NCBI GenBank assembly: GCA_965197525.1 | Contig: OZ240211.1 | Location: 1,344,001-1,408,000, forward strand | Direction: 5' to 3' | Length of the DNA stretch: 64,000 nt | Origin: Nitrosopumilus sp. | Lineage (GTDB): Archaea; Thermoproteota; Nitrososphaeria; Nitrososphaerales; Nitrosopumilaceae | Shown: positions 9,502 to 19,945 of the stretch, one piece after another | How positions within the stretch are numbered: position 1 is the first letter of the stretch | Layout: the number at the start of each line of letters is the position of its first letter | Translations under genes and position numbers: made by a program | Notes under the pieces: generated by a model | The model's input: the letters and a program-made list of their open reading frames with translations, nothing else | Database searches by the model: none | Told to the model about the DNA's origin: nothing

Positions 9502-10053
9502 GTGTTGAAAAAACTAATCATATGTTTGACAGGCATGCCTGGAGCTGGTAAATCTACTATTGCAAACGGATTAGAATCTAGGGGCTATCGTGTTATTAAT
9601 TTAGGCAACCAAGTCCGCAAAGAAGCAGAGAGAAGAAATTTAGAATTAACTCGTGATGTTCTTGGAAAACTCATGCTAGAACTACGAGAAAAAAATGGTC
9701 CTGGTGCAGTAGCAGAACTAGTTAAACCACAGATAGAATCTTCAACTGCTAATGTAATAGTGGTAGATGGAGTAAGATCAAATGATGAAGTCCAAGTTCT
9801 CAGAAAATTCGGAACAGTGAAATTATTGGCAGTTCATGCATCCACAGATACAAGATTTGATTTTCTTCAAAAAAGAGGGAGACAAGACGATCCTAAAACA
9901 AAAGAACATTTTGATGAGAGAGACAGTCGTGAATTAGGAGTAGGTATTAGCAATTCAATTGCACTATCTGACTATGCAATATCCAACATTAATCTAACAA
10001 AAGACGAGTTAATAGAAAACACTTTCAATCTCATTCAAAGTTGGCTAGAATGA
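9502..10053 (+). CDS. Dephospho-CoA kinase-like P-loop kinase (archaeal COG0237 type)
   Basis: LTGMPGAGKS Walker A; VVDGVRS; RGRQDDP; ERDSRELGVG. Confidence 0.8.
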   Translation: MLKKLIICLTGMPGAGKSTIANGLESRGYRVINLGNQVRKEAERRNLELTRDVLGKLMLELREKNGPGAVAELVKPQIESSTANVIVVDGVRSNDEVQVLRKFGTVKLLAVHASTDTRFDFLQKRGRQDDPKTKEHFDERDSRELGVGISNSIALSDYAISNINLTKDELIENTFNLIQSWLE

Positions 10054-10448
10054 AGATCCCCCACATTAATTGTCACATCAAGATGATATCCACTATTAAT
10101 CCTTCAGAAGATCCTAGCAAAATATCTACAGCAATAGCTAACGTTTTTCCTTACTCTGTAATTAAAACCAACAGTCTCTTAATAACAGCTACATCACAGG
10201 AGTTAAGATCATTTGAGATGATTTATGAAGCAATCCATAACCATCAATCCCAAAAAGCTTACAGCCGTCATTTGCAAAATAACATTAATGGTAATACAAC
10301 ATGGTTTCTTCTTAATAAACAAGCAGCATTTGTTAAAAGAGTGGTAATATGTGATGAATCAGAGGAATCTCCATTAGGCCCAATAACGGTAACTCTTACA
10401 TCCTCAAATATTGATGAGATCATCGACTGGCTAGTTCAGCAAAATTAG
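10050..10448 (+). CDS. UPF0201/DUF54 RNA-binding-like protein
   Basis: INPSEDPSKI...LNKQAAFV...ESPLGPI. Confidence 0.75.
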   Translation: MKIPHINCHIKMISTINPSEDPSKISTAIANVFPYSVIKTNSLLITATSQELRSFEMIYEAIHNHQSQKAYSRHLQNNINGNTTWFLLNKQAAFVKRVVICDESEESPLGPITVTLTSSNIDEIIDWLVQQN

Positions 10449-10496
10449 TGAAATGTTGTTAAGAAAATTCACGCATTATCGATTATTTTTTTTAGT

Positions 10497-10898
10497 TTGA
10501 AACTAAAATCTATTTTTCAAGGTTATTATCTAATGTTGCTAAAATTAGTTATAATTGCAGGCATTGTTATCTTTGGGGTCACGCTTTTTGCTAGTGATAT
10601 CCAAACATTTCTTCCAACCACCTCCTCAATTGCTGTTGATTCACTCACAGCTGACGTTGCTGACCTTACTGTGCAGGCATCTGATTCTGTAGAACAACGC
10701 CTAGATACCACAGTTGATACAATTAAAAACACAGCATACGACGTTTTAACAACACAATTCAACAACGCTGAAGTACTAATAACTGATGGAATTACTAATG
10801 TAACTGATTCAACTCAAAATGTAATTGATGATGGGTTATCAAATTTTAAACCTATTGAACCACTAACTAATCTGTTTAACAATAGCTCAAGTCCTTAA
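10497..10898 (+). CDS. Membrane-anchored hypothetical protein (probable start about 10533)
   Basis: N-terminal TM helix followed by a Thr/Asp-rich helical region. Confidence 0.6.
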   Translation: MKLKSIFQGYYLMLLKLVIIAGIVIFGVTLFASDIQTFLPTTSSIAVDSLTADVADLTVQASDSVEQRLDTTVDTIKNTAYDVLTTQFNNAEVLITDGITNVTDSTQNVIDDGLSNFKPIEPLTNLFNNSSSP

Positions 10899-10910
10899 CT
10901 ACCATTATTC

Positions 10911-10979
10911 TTAATGCTCCATATGGCCGTGTGGTCTTTTGACTGCTTGTTTACCGTGCAGAACGCCACAACATGCCAT
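10911..10979 (-). pseudogene. 22-codon micro-ORF, possible truncated ATP-cone-domain protein
   Basis: MACCGVLHGKQAVKRPHGHMEH*; the VKRxxGHxE motif resembles an ATP-cone N-terminus; further stops follow immediately. Confidence 0.3.
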
Positions 10980-10989
10980 GGTATGAATG

Positions 10990-11721
10990 CTATTTTTTAC
11001 CATTCTCTTTGAACAAAGCGACTAATCTTGGTAATGATGATGCCCCGGTCTCTCTTATACTCAAGTCCATGTTAGGTGACATCTCTGTACTAGACGGATT
11101 GATCTCTATTATTACTGCATTATTTCTTCTTGCATAGTTTGGAAGTGTATTTGCCGGTGATACTACAAGTGATGTTCCTACAACTATCATAAGATCACAC
11201 TGACTTGCAAAATCTATAGCTCTTTCCCATGTATCCTGCGGCAGACCTTCTCCGAACCACACCACATCTGGTCTAAGCATATTGCCACACTTGCAGATGG
11301 GTAAACTATCGTTGTATTCTGTTAGTACTCTATCTTTAAAATCACATACGGTACATCTGATCTTTATGATACTTCCATGCAGTTCTTGCACATTTGAACT
11401 GCCAGCTCTCTGATGCAGTTCATCAACGTTCTGTGTCAAGACTGCAACTTGGACATACTCTTCCAACTCTGCAATTGCCTTGTGACCTTGATTTGGCAGC
11501 GCTTGCAAAATATTTTTTCTTCTGTCATTGTACCACTCCCAAACTAATTTTGGATCCTCATAAAATGCATCTATGCTTGCTAGTCGCATTGCATCGTGAT
11601 TTCTCCATAATCCGTCTTTACCTCTGAATGTGGGTATTCCGCTCTCTTGTGATATTCCTGCCCCTGTCACAAAGGCAATTTTTTTGATCTCATTAATTCG
11701 TGTCTTGATTAGATCAAACAT
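10990..11721 (-). CDS. cobB: NAD-dependent protein deacylase (sirtuin)
   Basis: TGAGISQESGIPTFRG, TQNVDELHQRAG, ELHGS, CTVC/CKC Zn site, RPDVVWFGE, GTSLVVSPA. Confidence 0.95.
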   Translation of the reverse strand: MFDLIKTRINEIKKIAFVTGAGISQESGIPTFRGKDGLWRNHDAMRLASIDAFYEDPKLVWEWYNDRRKNILQALPNQGHKAIAELEEYVQVAVLTQNVDELHQRAGSSNVQELHGSIIKIRCTVCDFKDRVLTEYNDSLPICKCGNMLRPDVVWFGEGLPQDTWERAIDFASQCDLMIVVGTSLVVSPANTLPNYARRNNAVIIEINPSSTEMSPNMDLSIRETGASSLPRLVALFKENGKK

Positions 11722-11722
11722 C

Positions 11723-12622
11723 TCATTTAATCTCCACCTCTAATAGATCTTTTGCAGTTATCACACAATCAAATATTTTTTTTGCCTCCTCCAAATGCCT
11801 TGTTTCATCTTTGTACCTTGCTGAAAAATGTGTTAAAATTAGATTTTTTACATTTGCATTTTTTCCCAAAACAGCTGCTTGGCTTGCAGTTGAATGCTGC
11901 GTATCTATTGCCTTTTGCTCTTCATCATCTAGGAATGTAGCATCAAACACAAGATAATCACATCGCTGAAAAAATTTTTCTAATTTCTTTGTAGGCGCTG
12001 TATCACCGGAAATTCCTATCTTTTTCCCTGCTCTACTTGGACCTAGTACCTGTTCTGGCCTTATTACCTTTGTATCAACGACAACTCTCTGTCCGTTCTG
12101 TAATTTGCTCCATAATTGGCCTTTTGGTACTTTTAACTCGTGTGCTTTTTCTGCATTGAATCTTCCAGGTCTATCTTTCTCTTTGAACAAATATGAAAAT
12201 GCTGTAACTGAATGATCTGCCTGGCACACCTCTATTGAAAATTTTTCATCCTCAAAAATAATACCCTCTTTAACAACGGTAATTGGTGCATCAAACGATG
12301 ATCTAAAACCCAGGATCTTTATACTATTATCAATGAATTCCTTTATCCCCTTTGGTCCAAAAATCTCTAATGTCTTTGTCCTCTTTTGCATAGACATTGT
12401 TTGTAATAATCCTAAAACTCCTATACAATGGTCACCATGTAAATGGGTAACAAATAATTTCATCTTTTTATTCCAGCCTAGCCCTGATCTCATATATGCC
12501 ATTTGTGTGGCCTCTCCTGCATCAAACATCAAGATCTCCCCATCTCTCTCTAAACAAACACATGATAATCCTCTATCTTCGGTGGGTTGAGATGCTGACG
12601 TACCTAAAAACACAAGTTTCAT
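11723..12622 (-). CDS. rnz: Ribonuclease Z
   Basis: FLGTSASQPT, THLHGDH, SGDTAP, HSTASQAA, LTHFSARY. Confidence 0.95.
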   Translation of the reverse strand: MKLVFLGTSASQPTEDRGLSCVCLERDGEILMFDAGEATQMAYMRSGLGWNKKMKLFVTHLHGDHCIGVLGLLQTMSMQKRTKTLEIFGPKGIKEFIDNSIKILGFRSSFDAPITVVKEGIIFEDEKFSIEVCQADHSVTAFSYLFKEKDRPGRFNAEKAHELKVPKGQLWSKLQNGQRVVVDTKVIRPEQVLGPSRAGKKIGISGDTAPTKKLEKFFQRCDYLVFDATFLDDEEQKAIDTQHSTASQAAVLGKNANVKNLILTHFSARYKDETRHLEEAKKIFDCVITAKDLLEVEIK

Positions 12623-12831
12623 TTCATTATGATTATTCTAATCAGGCTTTTATGCCTATAGATTCAATCAATCTAAAAAATTAAGATTTGGACAACGCTG
12701 ATCCAATATTCTTAATATCATGAAACCAAAACTGCCCTAACTGCAACAACTGCTAATGATTGGAGTGTAAAACATGCCAATTACAAGTAAAATCATTTAA
12801 CACAGCATTATTTTACGAAACAATACTAGTA

Positions 12832-13716
12832 CTATTCTGCTATTGTTTTGGCAATCGTATTTGTAATATCCACCATTGTAGATGTCTTGTTAGGAATTGT
12901 ATTAGTGCTGATAATTTCTTCCACCCCTGACTCTCTTATCTTTTTCTCTGCATTATCTATCAAAAGAGCGTGTGTACATACTACATACACTTTGTTACAT
13001 CCTTGTCTTCTGAGAAACTCTGTAGCTTTCACTATGCTACCTCCAGTACTTATTATATCATCAACTATAATTAGATCTCTTTTTACTACATCAGCATTAT
13101 CGGTTTCAATTTGAACCTGTCCCGTCTTTTTATCCCTCTTCTTCTCTAAAGCAATACACTCTGATCCAAACTCTCTTGCAAATTCTTGAGCTCTATCTCT
13201 TCCACCCTGATCAGGGGAGACTACCAATGGATCTACCAAATTCAATCCTTTACAATATTGCACAAGATCTGGAATTGCCGTTACATTTTCTGTGTTCATG
13301 TCAAAATGTTTTAATCCTAATACACTATGAATATCAACTGTAATAATTTTTGACGCACCTGCACCTTTGAACAACTTTCCGAGAACTTGCATAGTAACAA
13401 TCTCGCCTGACAGAAATTCTTTATCTTGTCTTGCATACCCCATGTATGGAACTACGGCAATTACATCTGATGATGTCTCTTTGGCCTTTGCAATTAATGA
13501 TAATACATGTACAAGATTTGTATCAACTGGCGGGCAGGTTGACTGTACAACAATGGTCTTATCCTTTGATAAGCTCCCACTCAATGTTATCTTACTCTCC
13601 CCATCTGGGAATATTCTAATCTCTGATTTCACCAACTCGGCGTTTATCTTCTCAGACAGCCCCTCTGCTAAACCCTCAGAGGTTTTTCCCGAAACTATTG
13701 TTACTTTGCTCAACAA
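12832..13716 (-). CDS. prs: Ribose-phosphate pyrophosphokinase
   Basis: FPDGES, PYMGYARQD, VDIHS, SPDQGG, VDDIISTGGS. Confidence 0.95.
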   Translation of the reverse strand: MLSKVTIVSGKTSEGLAEGLSEKINAELVKSEIRIFPDGESKITLSGSLSKDKTIVVQSTCPPVDTNLVHVLSLIAKAKETSSDVIAVVPYMGYARQDKEFLSGEIVTMQVLGKLFKGAGASKIITVDIHSVLGLKHFDMNTENVTAIPDLVQYCKGLNLVDPLVVSPDQGGRDRAQEFAREFGSECIALEKKRDKKTGQVQIETDNADVVKRDLIIVDDIISTGGSIVKATEFLRRQGCNKVYVVCTHALLIDNAEKKIRESGVEEIISTNTIPNKTSTMVDITNTIAKTIAE

Positions 13717-13755
13717 AAAAATATGATTTGTAGGGATTCTTAAGTTTTGAGAACA

Positions 13756-15555
13756 TCATTCATCCTCACCGCCACCACGACCTAGATCACCCATACCATA
13801 TTCTTCAATCACTTCTTCTCTTTGTTTGTCAAACATATCAATCTCCTTTTGTTCACGTTTTTCATCTCCTTGATATATAGTCCTAATTGGCCATGGAATT
13901 CTAATATCATATTTTTTGAACTCTTCATACATGATCAGTCTCATATCCGTTTTAGTCTTGAATTGTGCACCATAGTCTCTAACATAGAGCCATAATGAAA
14001 AATCCAACGCAGAGTCATTAAACTGATTAAATCTGATAACGGGTTGGGTTATATCAACATGAACATCTTTATCACAGCCACAACTTGGTTTGTTCTCATC
14101 TAGATACGGACACCGTGTCTGTCTTACCAGGTGTCTTCCTTTTCCATCAATAGTCTCTTTCATTGCGCGTTGTCCGACCTTGACCAGTATTGCTGCAACT
14201 TGTTTGGGATTGTTAAGATAGGATACCCCTACTTGTACAATCGCAGGCACCATCCTTATCTCTTTTGAGTAATTAATAATCTGGGAATTAACCAACTGTC
14301 TTGTTGGAATTATAGCAAACGACTCATTCAGTGCATCTCGAATATATGTAACTCTGGGAGTAATTTTATGCACGTATCCGTTATATCCCGTATCTAGTTT
14401 TATCCGCTCTCCTTCTGCGAATATCTTCTCTTTTCGAATCAAAATATACGCGAAATAGTTCTGCATTGTCTCTTGTAGTGCCAACCCAATACCGATAGCC
14501 AATCCTCCTGTTGCAGTGGCAAGAACGATCAAATCAATACCCCACCAGCTAACAACTCCAATAACGACTGCGCCAAAAATTCCCAATGGCAAAACCTGTC
14601 TAATATTTTTTGGTAAGTGTTTTCTCTTCTTTCGCGCATATCCCGGCGGTTTTGCACCAGCAACTATTGGCTCAAATCCATTTAACCTCTTCTCTTCTCT
14701 CCACGTATCAATTGGATATATCTCCTCACTGTCTTTACCTATTCTAAGTTTTTTCCCTGATTGATTGTTCTCTGAAACCGCATTATCAAAATAATTAATG
14801 TATTTCATTCTCTCTGACTTTTTCCACTCTTCAAATGGATTCTCGACTAATTGTTCATAACTACCAATTGGTAATCCTTTCATCGTTCTAAATGTTTCAA
14901 GAAACCTTCTACCTTCGTCAGTTTTGAGCTTTTCTCTGAATTTCTCATCTGTTATATCTTCGGGTGTGTTTTTAGGTGCTATCCACTTGAAACATTTGTG
15001 GAATAAATCCTTCTCATCGTCTTGAAATCCTCGCAGATCCTTCCATGCTTGAAAATCACTTTTTTCAAGATTGGATTTCTCTCTCTTTGTAAGCATTATA
15101 GGGATTAGCTGAGCAACAGAATACCCAATCACCAGTATGTTAATTGTATTAAGAATTTTTGAAAAGCTTTCTGCAGGAGTTAACTGCATATTATTATTTT
15201 GTGTTGTTGTGGCATTGTCTTTATCTGTTGCAATATCTACAGAATTTATTGTTTCTATTTCTTCAAATACATCAAAAGATTGGATATACACATTCATACT
15301 AGTAATGAGGACTATTGCAAAAAATGGCAATATGCCCACCCTAACAAATCTTGAAAGGTGAGGTCTCACATACTTAAATTTCTGTTTTTTGACCCAGTTT
15401 GAGAATCTACGATAAACTAACACAATAGTTACAATTCCAATAATTAAAATCGCAAGTGTAATTTGTAAGGCCTCAGATGATCCAACCAATTCAAAGACAT
15501 TATGAACTCCGCTTGCTTGGCCTGCAACTACATCTATTATCTCGTCTTCGACCAT
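13756..15555 (-). CDS. MscS-family mechanosensitive channel with long insertions
   Basis: GGLAIGIGLALQETMQNYFAY, GERIKL, IPTRQL, VGVSY, FNDSALDFSL, DIRIPWP. Confidence 0.85.
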   Translation of the reverse strand: MVEDEIIDVVAGQASGVHNVFELVGSSEALQITLAILIIGIVTIVLVYRRFSNWVKKQKFKYVRPHLSRFVRVGILPFFAIVLITSMNVYIQSFDVFEEIETINSVDIATDKDNATTTQNNNMQLTPAESFSKILNTINILVIGYSVAQLIPIMLTKREKSNLEKSDFQAWKDLRGFQDDEKDLFHKCFKWIAPKNTPEDITDEKFREKLKTDEGRRFLETFRTMKGLPIGSYEQLVENPFEEWKKSERMKYINYFDNAVSENNQSGKKLRIGKDSEEIYPIDTWREEKRLNGFEPIVAGAKPPGYARKKRKHLPKNIRQVLPLGIFGAVVIGVVSWWGIDLIVLATATGGLAIGIGLALQETMQNYFAYILIRKEKIFAEGERIKLDTGYNGYVHKITPRVTYIRDALNESFAIIPTRQLVNSQIINYSKEIRMVPAIVQVGVSYLNNPKQVAAILVKVGQRAMKETIDGKGRHLVRQTRCPYLDENKPSCGCDKDVHVDITQPVIRFNQFNDSALDFSLWLYVRDYGAQFKTKTDMRLIMYEEFKKYDIRIPWPIRTIYQGDEKREQKEIDMFDKQREEVIEEYGMGDLGRGGGEDE

Positions 15556-15702
15556 CTAGCACACATCTCCCTTTGTATAGGTAATACAGACATCTATTAT
15601 CATTTCTAATTGTTATTTTTACTCTTTTTTTATTAAATTTATCAAATTTTTATACGCTAACTGATGTAACCTTTAACAAGGGGGAATCTTATTAGTTGTT
15701 TT

Positions 15703-17052
15703 ATGACCCTTCAAGAGTCTATTTGGGATAATGGCTCCCCCTCGCTAAAATCCTATACCCTCTCAAACTTTCGCACCCTGCCCCAAATTCAAAAACTTGG
15801 TGAGGATGCTCAATTTGAGATGGAAGTTGTAGGAAATGTCTTACCATTTAAAGCAAATAACTATGTCATTGAACAGTTAATTGACTGGAATAACATACCA
15901 AATGATCCAATCTTTGTCTTGACATTTCCTCAAAGAGGAATGTTAAAACCAGAACATTATGAAAAGATGGAGACTGCTCTGAAGAATAATGCTGATAAAA
16001 AAGAGATTGCATCTATTGCAAACGAGATTCGTTTACAGTTAAATCCTCATCCTGCAGGTCAGATGGAATTAAATGTTCCAGCACTTAGTGATGGGACTAA
16101 ACTATACGGAATGCAACATAAATACAAAGAGACTTGTCTCTTCTTTCCTAGCCAAAGTCAGACATGTCATGCTTATTGTAGTTTTTGCTTTAGATGGCCT
16201 CAGTTTGTTGGAATGGATGAGATGAAGTTTGCTATGCAAGAAGGAGCACAGCTTGCTCAATATGTTAGTGAACACCCTGAAATCTCTGACATTCTCTTCA
16301 CTGGCGGTGATCCAATGATTATGAGGGCAAAGATCTTTGGCAAATACATTGATACGTTAATTGACGCAAAACTCCCCAATCTCAAAACAATCAGGATTGG
16401 AACAAAAGCGTTGGCATATTGGCCTTACAAATTTTTGACAGATCCTGATGCCCAAGAGATGCTAGATATCTTTAGAAAGATTACTGACAATGGAATACAC
16501 CTAGCATTTATGTCCCATTTCAATCATCTAAATGAACTATCTACCGCTGTTGTCAAAGATGCAATCAAGGCAGTACGAGCAACGGGCGCGCAAATAAGAA
16601 CCCAATCTCCTCTTCTAGCACACATAAATGATGACGCAGAGATGTGGGCAAAGATGTGGCAAAAGCAAGTCGATTTGGGATGTATTCCATATTATATGTT
16701 CGTAGTTAGGGATACTGGTGCCCAACATTACTTTGGCGTTTCTTTGGATAAAGCATGTGATATCTTTACTCATGCATACTCTCTGGTAAGTGGTTTAGCT
16801 AGGACCGTACGTGGACCAAGCATGTCTGCAACCCCTGGAAAGGTGCACGTTCTTGGAACTGCAACCATAAATGATCAAAAAGTTTATGCACTACGATTCT
16901 TGCAAGGCAGAAATCCTGACTGGGTAAAAGAAATATTCTTTGCCAAATATGATAAAGATGCGATATGGTTAGATGATCTCAAACCTGCATTTGGTGACAA
17001 GTTCTTCTTTACTGACGAGCTCGAACGATTCAAATCCTCTAAAATGAGTTAA
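15703..17052 (+). CDS. KamA-family (lysine 2,3-aminomutase-like) radical SAM protein
   Basis: CHAYCSFCFR (CxxxCxxC), ILFTGGDP, IRIGTK, HFNH, QSPLLAHIND, PYYMF. Confidence 0.85.
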   Translation: MTLQESIWDNGSPSLKSYTLSNFRTLPQIQKLGEDAQFEMEVVGNVLPFKANNYVIEQLIDWNNIPNDPIFVLTFPQRGMLKPEHYEKMETALKNNADKKEIASIANEIRLQLNPHPAGQMELNVPALSDGTKLYGMQHKYKETCLFFPSQSQTCHAYCSFCFRWPQFVGMDEMKFAMQEGAQLAQYVSEHPEISDILFTGGDPMIMRAKIFGKYIDTLIDAKLPNLKTIRIGTKALAYWPYKFLTDPDAQEMLDIFRKITDNGIHLAFMSHFNHLNELSTAVVKDAIKAVRATGAQIRTQSPLLAHINDDAEMWAKMWQKQVDLGCIPYYMFVVRDTGAQHYFGVSLDKACDIFTHAYSLVSGLARTVRGPSMSATPGKVHVLGTATINDQKVYALRFLQGRNPDWVKEIFFAKYDKDAIWLDDLKPAFGDKFFFTDELERFKSSKMS

Positions 17053-17333
17053 ACTTTATTGCTAAATCTGTCATATTAAATAAATTGGGCATATCAAATT
17101 TTATTTCATAAAATAATAAAATACTACATCTGGTTTATCTTGTAGATGTGAAACAACGCGCATGTCTTTCAATCTATACATTTTGTGGCTAACTAACGCT
17201 GATTTTTTGTGACATGCTTGCGCATTTGATAATTATAAGATTATCCAAATACAACGTCATTCAGTTGCAATACGGCTAGATTGATCCAACTTGATACAGA
17301 AAGAATAAAACATTAACTCGGTTTTCCAAAGTC

Positions 17334-18488
17334 ATGGTAGAAAGCAATTATGATATTTTAGGAATAGTCGAGGGTTCAACTGAGAAAGAGATCAGAGATG
17401 CGTTTAGACGACTAGCTTTACAATACCATTCAGACCGCGGAGGTCAAAACGAGCAATTTATAAAAATTAAACAGGCATACGATGATCTAAAAATCGGCAA
17501 AAAACATCCTGATACTGATAGTGAAAAACTAAGAAATTCCAAGGTATATTCTGGTGATACAGAAGCCGAGGTCAGACGGAAAAATCAAATTCTAGGCCAA
17601 GAGCTATTCAAAGAGATGCAGGATGCCGAAGAGTGGGCAGCGGCATTAAATAACTCAAATTCAGTTGGGACACGTCTGTTTGGTTCAAAAACGCTAGGTG
17701 AGATTGAGTTGGAACGAAAGGCTAACGGCGCGTTATCAATCAAAGGCAATTTTATGGCAGGGAGTCTAACATATGACGGTTCTATTATCATGCAAGGCAG
17801 TATTACTAGTCCATCTTGGACACAAGAGTTTCAAACGAATATCCACCTGACAAAAGGAGATTTCAAATTTATTGAACCATTGGAGAACAAATACAAAATT
17901 GAGAATGGTGCAAAGATTACTGTAGATGCCGGAAATATAGTTGTAGGAAATATTTATGGTAGAAAATTCAGGGTTGAGGATCCTCAAGGCAGGGTTGGTG
18001 TATATCAAATCCAAGAGCATAAGACGCGTCTTTCAGCTCCTAACGGAAAAATTATTGCAGAAAATCTCGTAGACACAGTTATACTTGAAGCAGATACCAT
18101 CATTGTTCTCAATGTAGAGGATGATGTTACACTATCTGCACGTGAAGTTTTATTTTATGGGGGGAAACTTACCTATGACTCTGTTATCGAATTGAAGCAG
18201 GGAGGTATAATTAGATTTTTTGAGAGTTTTTCGATTCAGGGTTTAAGCGGTGACGCAATCATTAAGCTTGAGAACGGGAAAAAAATCAGGCTCTTTGATC
18301 TTAAAACTAAGAAAATCAAAGATCTAGCTGATGAGTTTGTTCCTAATAAAGAGAACTATCAAAAGGACACAACAATGGTGGGGCACGGTTTCACAATTAC
18401 ATATGAGATGCTAGACTACCTCTCAAAGAAAGCAACCAAAAAACGTAAGACCAGCTGGGCTTCAAGATTTGGATTTACTAAAAACTAG
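17334..18488 (+). CDS. J-domain (DnaJ-like) protein with a C-terminal beta-helix-like region
   Basis: NYDILG...IRDAFRRLALQYHSDRGG...FIKIKQAYDDL. Confidence 0.8.
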   Translation: MVESNYDILGIVEGSTEKEIRDAFRRLALQYHSDRGGQNEQFIKIKQAYDDLKIGKKHPDTDSEKLRNSKVYSGDTEAEVRRKNQILGQELFKEMQDAEEWAAALNNSNSVGTRLFGSKTLGEIELERKANGALSIKGNFMAGSLTYDGSIIMQGSITSPSWTQEFQTNIHLTKGDFKFIEPLENKYKIENGAKITVDAGNIVVGNIYGRKFRVEDPQGRVGVYQIQEHKTRLSAPNGKIIAENLVDTVILEADTIIVLNVEDDVTLSAREVLFYGGKLTYDSVIELKQGGIIRFFESFSIQGLSGDAIIKLENGKKIRLFDLKTKKIKDLADEFVPNKENYQKDTTMVGHGFTITYEMLDYLSKKATKKRKTSWASRFGFTKN

Positions 18489-18614
18489 TCTGTCTTGTTT
18501 ATTACAATATATTGATTCATGTTTACATAAACTTTGCATGTTAGATAGTGCTATGTTTCAATCTTTGTTGTATTAGAATTTCATTTGAACTTTTTTTATT
18601 AACATCACGCCATA

Positions 18615-19280
18615 TTACATTCTCATTATATCCGAATGTAACACATCATAAGCTCGTGATGAATCACGTCCATTAATAATGATTATTATACCGTCTTGGC
18701 TGAAAAACGCATTTACCAACTCTATTCCATTTGCATGTAATACCTCTGCCACATATGACACTACATCTGATTGATTATGCGAATTTGGCATTGAGATTCG
18801 AATCTTTGCAAGACCCGTATTAAACAAATCATCCCTTTGAGAGACGCTATTGAAAATTTCTCTAACATCCTCCATATCCTCAGTAAGAAATCTAAACGAG
18901 TCTGCTAATCTAAAAAATTCATAATTGTTAGTTACCTTGGAGAATTTATCTAATATTGTCATCGGATCCATCTCCTTTGAATCTTTTACTGAAAACTTGA
19001 CGTCCATAATTCCATCCGTTAGTGATAATCTTGCATCCTTCAAAATTGATTCTTCTTTTAGCTGTTCTTTGACCTCAAAAGAATCTGCATATCGCTTGAT
19101 CGCAACTACAATAGTATTGAGATTGACGGTACTTCCTGCAATCTTTTCTATATCTGGTTGAATTTTTACTGCTAGTGCGGTATAGTTTATCAAATCCATC
19201 TTCATGCAATCATAAATTGATCGATTTCTACTAATTATTGCCCTTACAACTTCTGGAACTGATACGCCTGTAATTCTCAT
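18615..19280 (-). CDS. ACT-domain-containing regulatory protein
   Basis: INYTALA/TIVVAIKRY N-terminal domain and C-terminal ACT-like region. Confidence 0.7.
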   Translation of the reverse strand: MRITGVSVPEVVRAIISRNRSIYDCMKMDLINYTALAVKIQPDIEKIAGSTVNLNTIVVAIKRYADSFEVKEQLKEESILKDARLSLTDGIMDVKFSVKDSKEMDPMTILDKFSKVTNNYEFFRLADSFRFLTEDMEDVREIFNSVSQRDDLFNTGLAKIRISMPNSHNQSDVVSYVAEVLHANGIELVNAFFSQDGIIIIINGRDSSRAYDVLHSDIMRM

Positions 19281-19402
19281 TTATACTATTACATATGTTA
19301 CTTATAATAACATTTTGTCATAAATTTCATAATAAACAATAAATTTTAAAATAAACAATAAACTTTAAATTATGTAATATATATTACATATTGTAGATAA
19401 AA

Positions 19403-19906
19403 ATGACAACATTCTTTGATAATGAGATAGATAGGATCTTCAAGAGAATGTCAAATCCTTTTTTTCACATGGATGACATCTTTGGAGATCTCCCAGCAGA
19501 TGAGGCCAAGTCATACAGTTTTGGTTATACCATGACAGTTGGTCCTGATGGGAGGGTTGTTGTAAGGAAGCTTGGAGATGCTGCTACTGATAAACCAGAT
19601 CTGCCTCCAAACTTTGATGTACGAGAACCAATCGTCGATACGATCGTCGATGAAAAAGAAGAGGCAGTAAAACTCATAGCTGAGATGCCAGGAGTTGAAA
19701 AGACAGATGTTAAAATTCTTGTTGATGAAAACAAGATGGTGGATATTTCAGCAGAACGTGATACCAAAAAATATCATATACGTGTCCCATTAAAGCACAA
19801 AGTTGTTGAAGATTCTGCAAAAGCATCTTACAAAAACGGAATTCTACAACTAGTATTCAAACTAGTTGACAACAAACCAACTGGTAAAAAAGTGGAGGTT
19901 CAATAA
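19403..19906 (+). CDS. Archaeal small heat-shock protein Hsp20
   Basis: YTMTVGPDG, REPIVD, AEMPGVEK, ASYKNGILQL. Confidence 0.9.
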   Translation: MTTFFDNEIDRIFKRMSNPFFHMDDIFGDLPADEAKSYSFGYTMTVGPDGRVVVRKLGDAATDKPDLPPNFDVREPIVDTIVDEKEEAVKLIAEMPGVEKTDVKILVDENKMVDISAERDTKKYHIRVPLKHKVVEDSAKASYKNGILQLVFKLVDNKPTGKKVEVQ

Positions 19907-19945
19907 CCTCTTCTCTTTTTTTTTTGATAAAGAAGAAGTGATATT

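Noticed and set aside
10895-10979. Resemblance to ribosomal protein eL34 (CG.LHG and RPYG)
   Set aside because: The two motifs lie in different frames and are too short; not supportable without a search.
12625-12830. Possible eroded gene between rnz and prs
   Set aside because: All frames are interrupted and only weak, subjective similarity could be seen.
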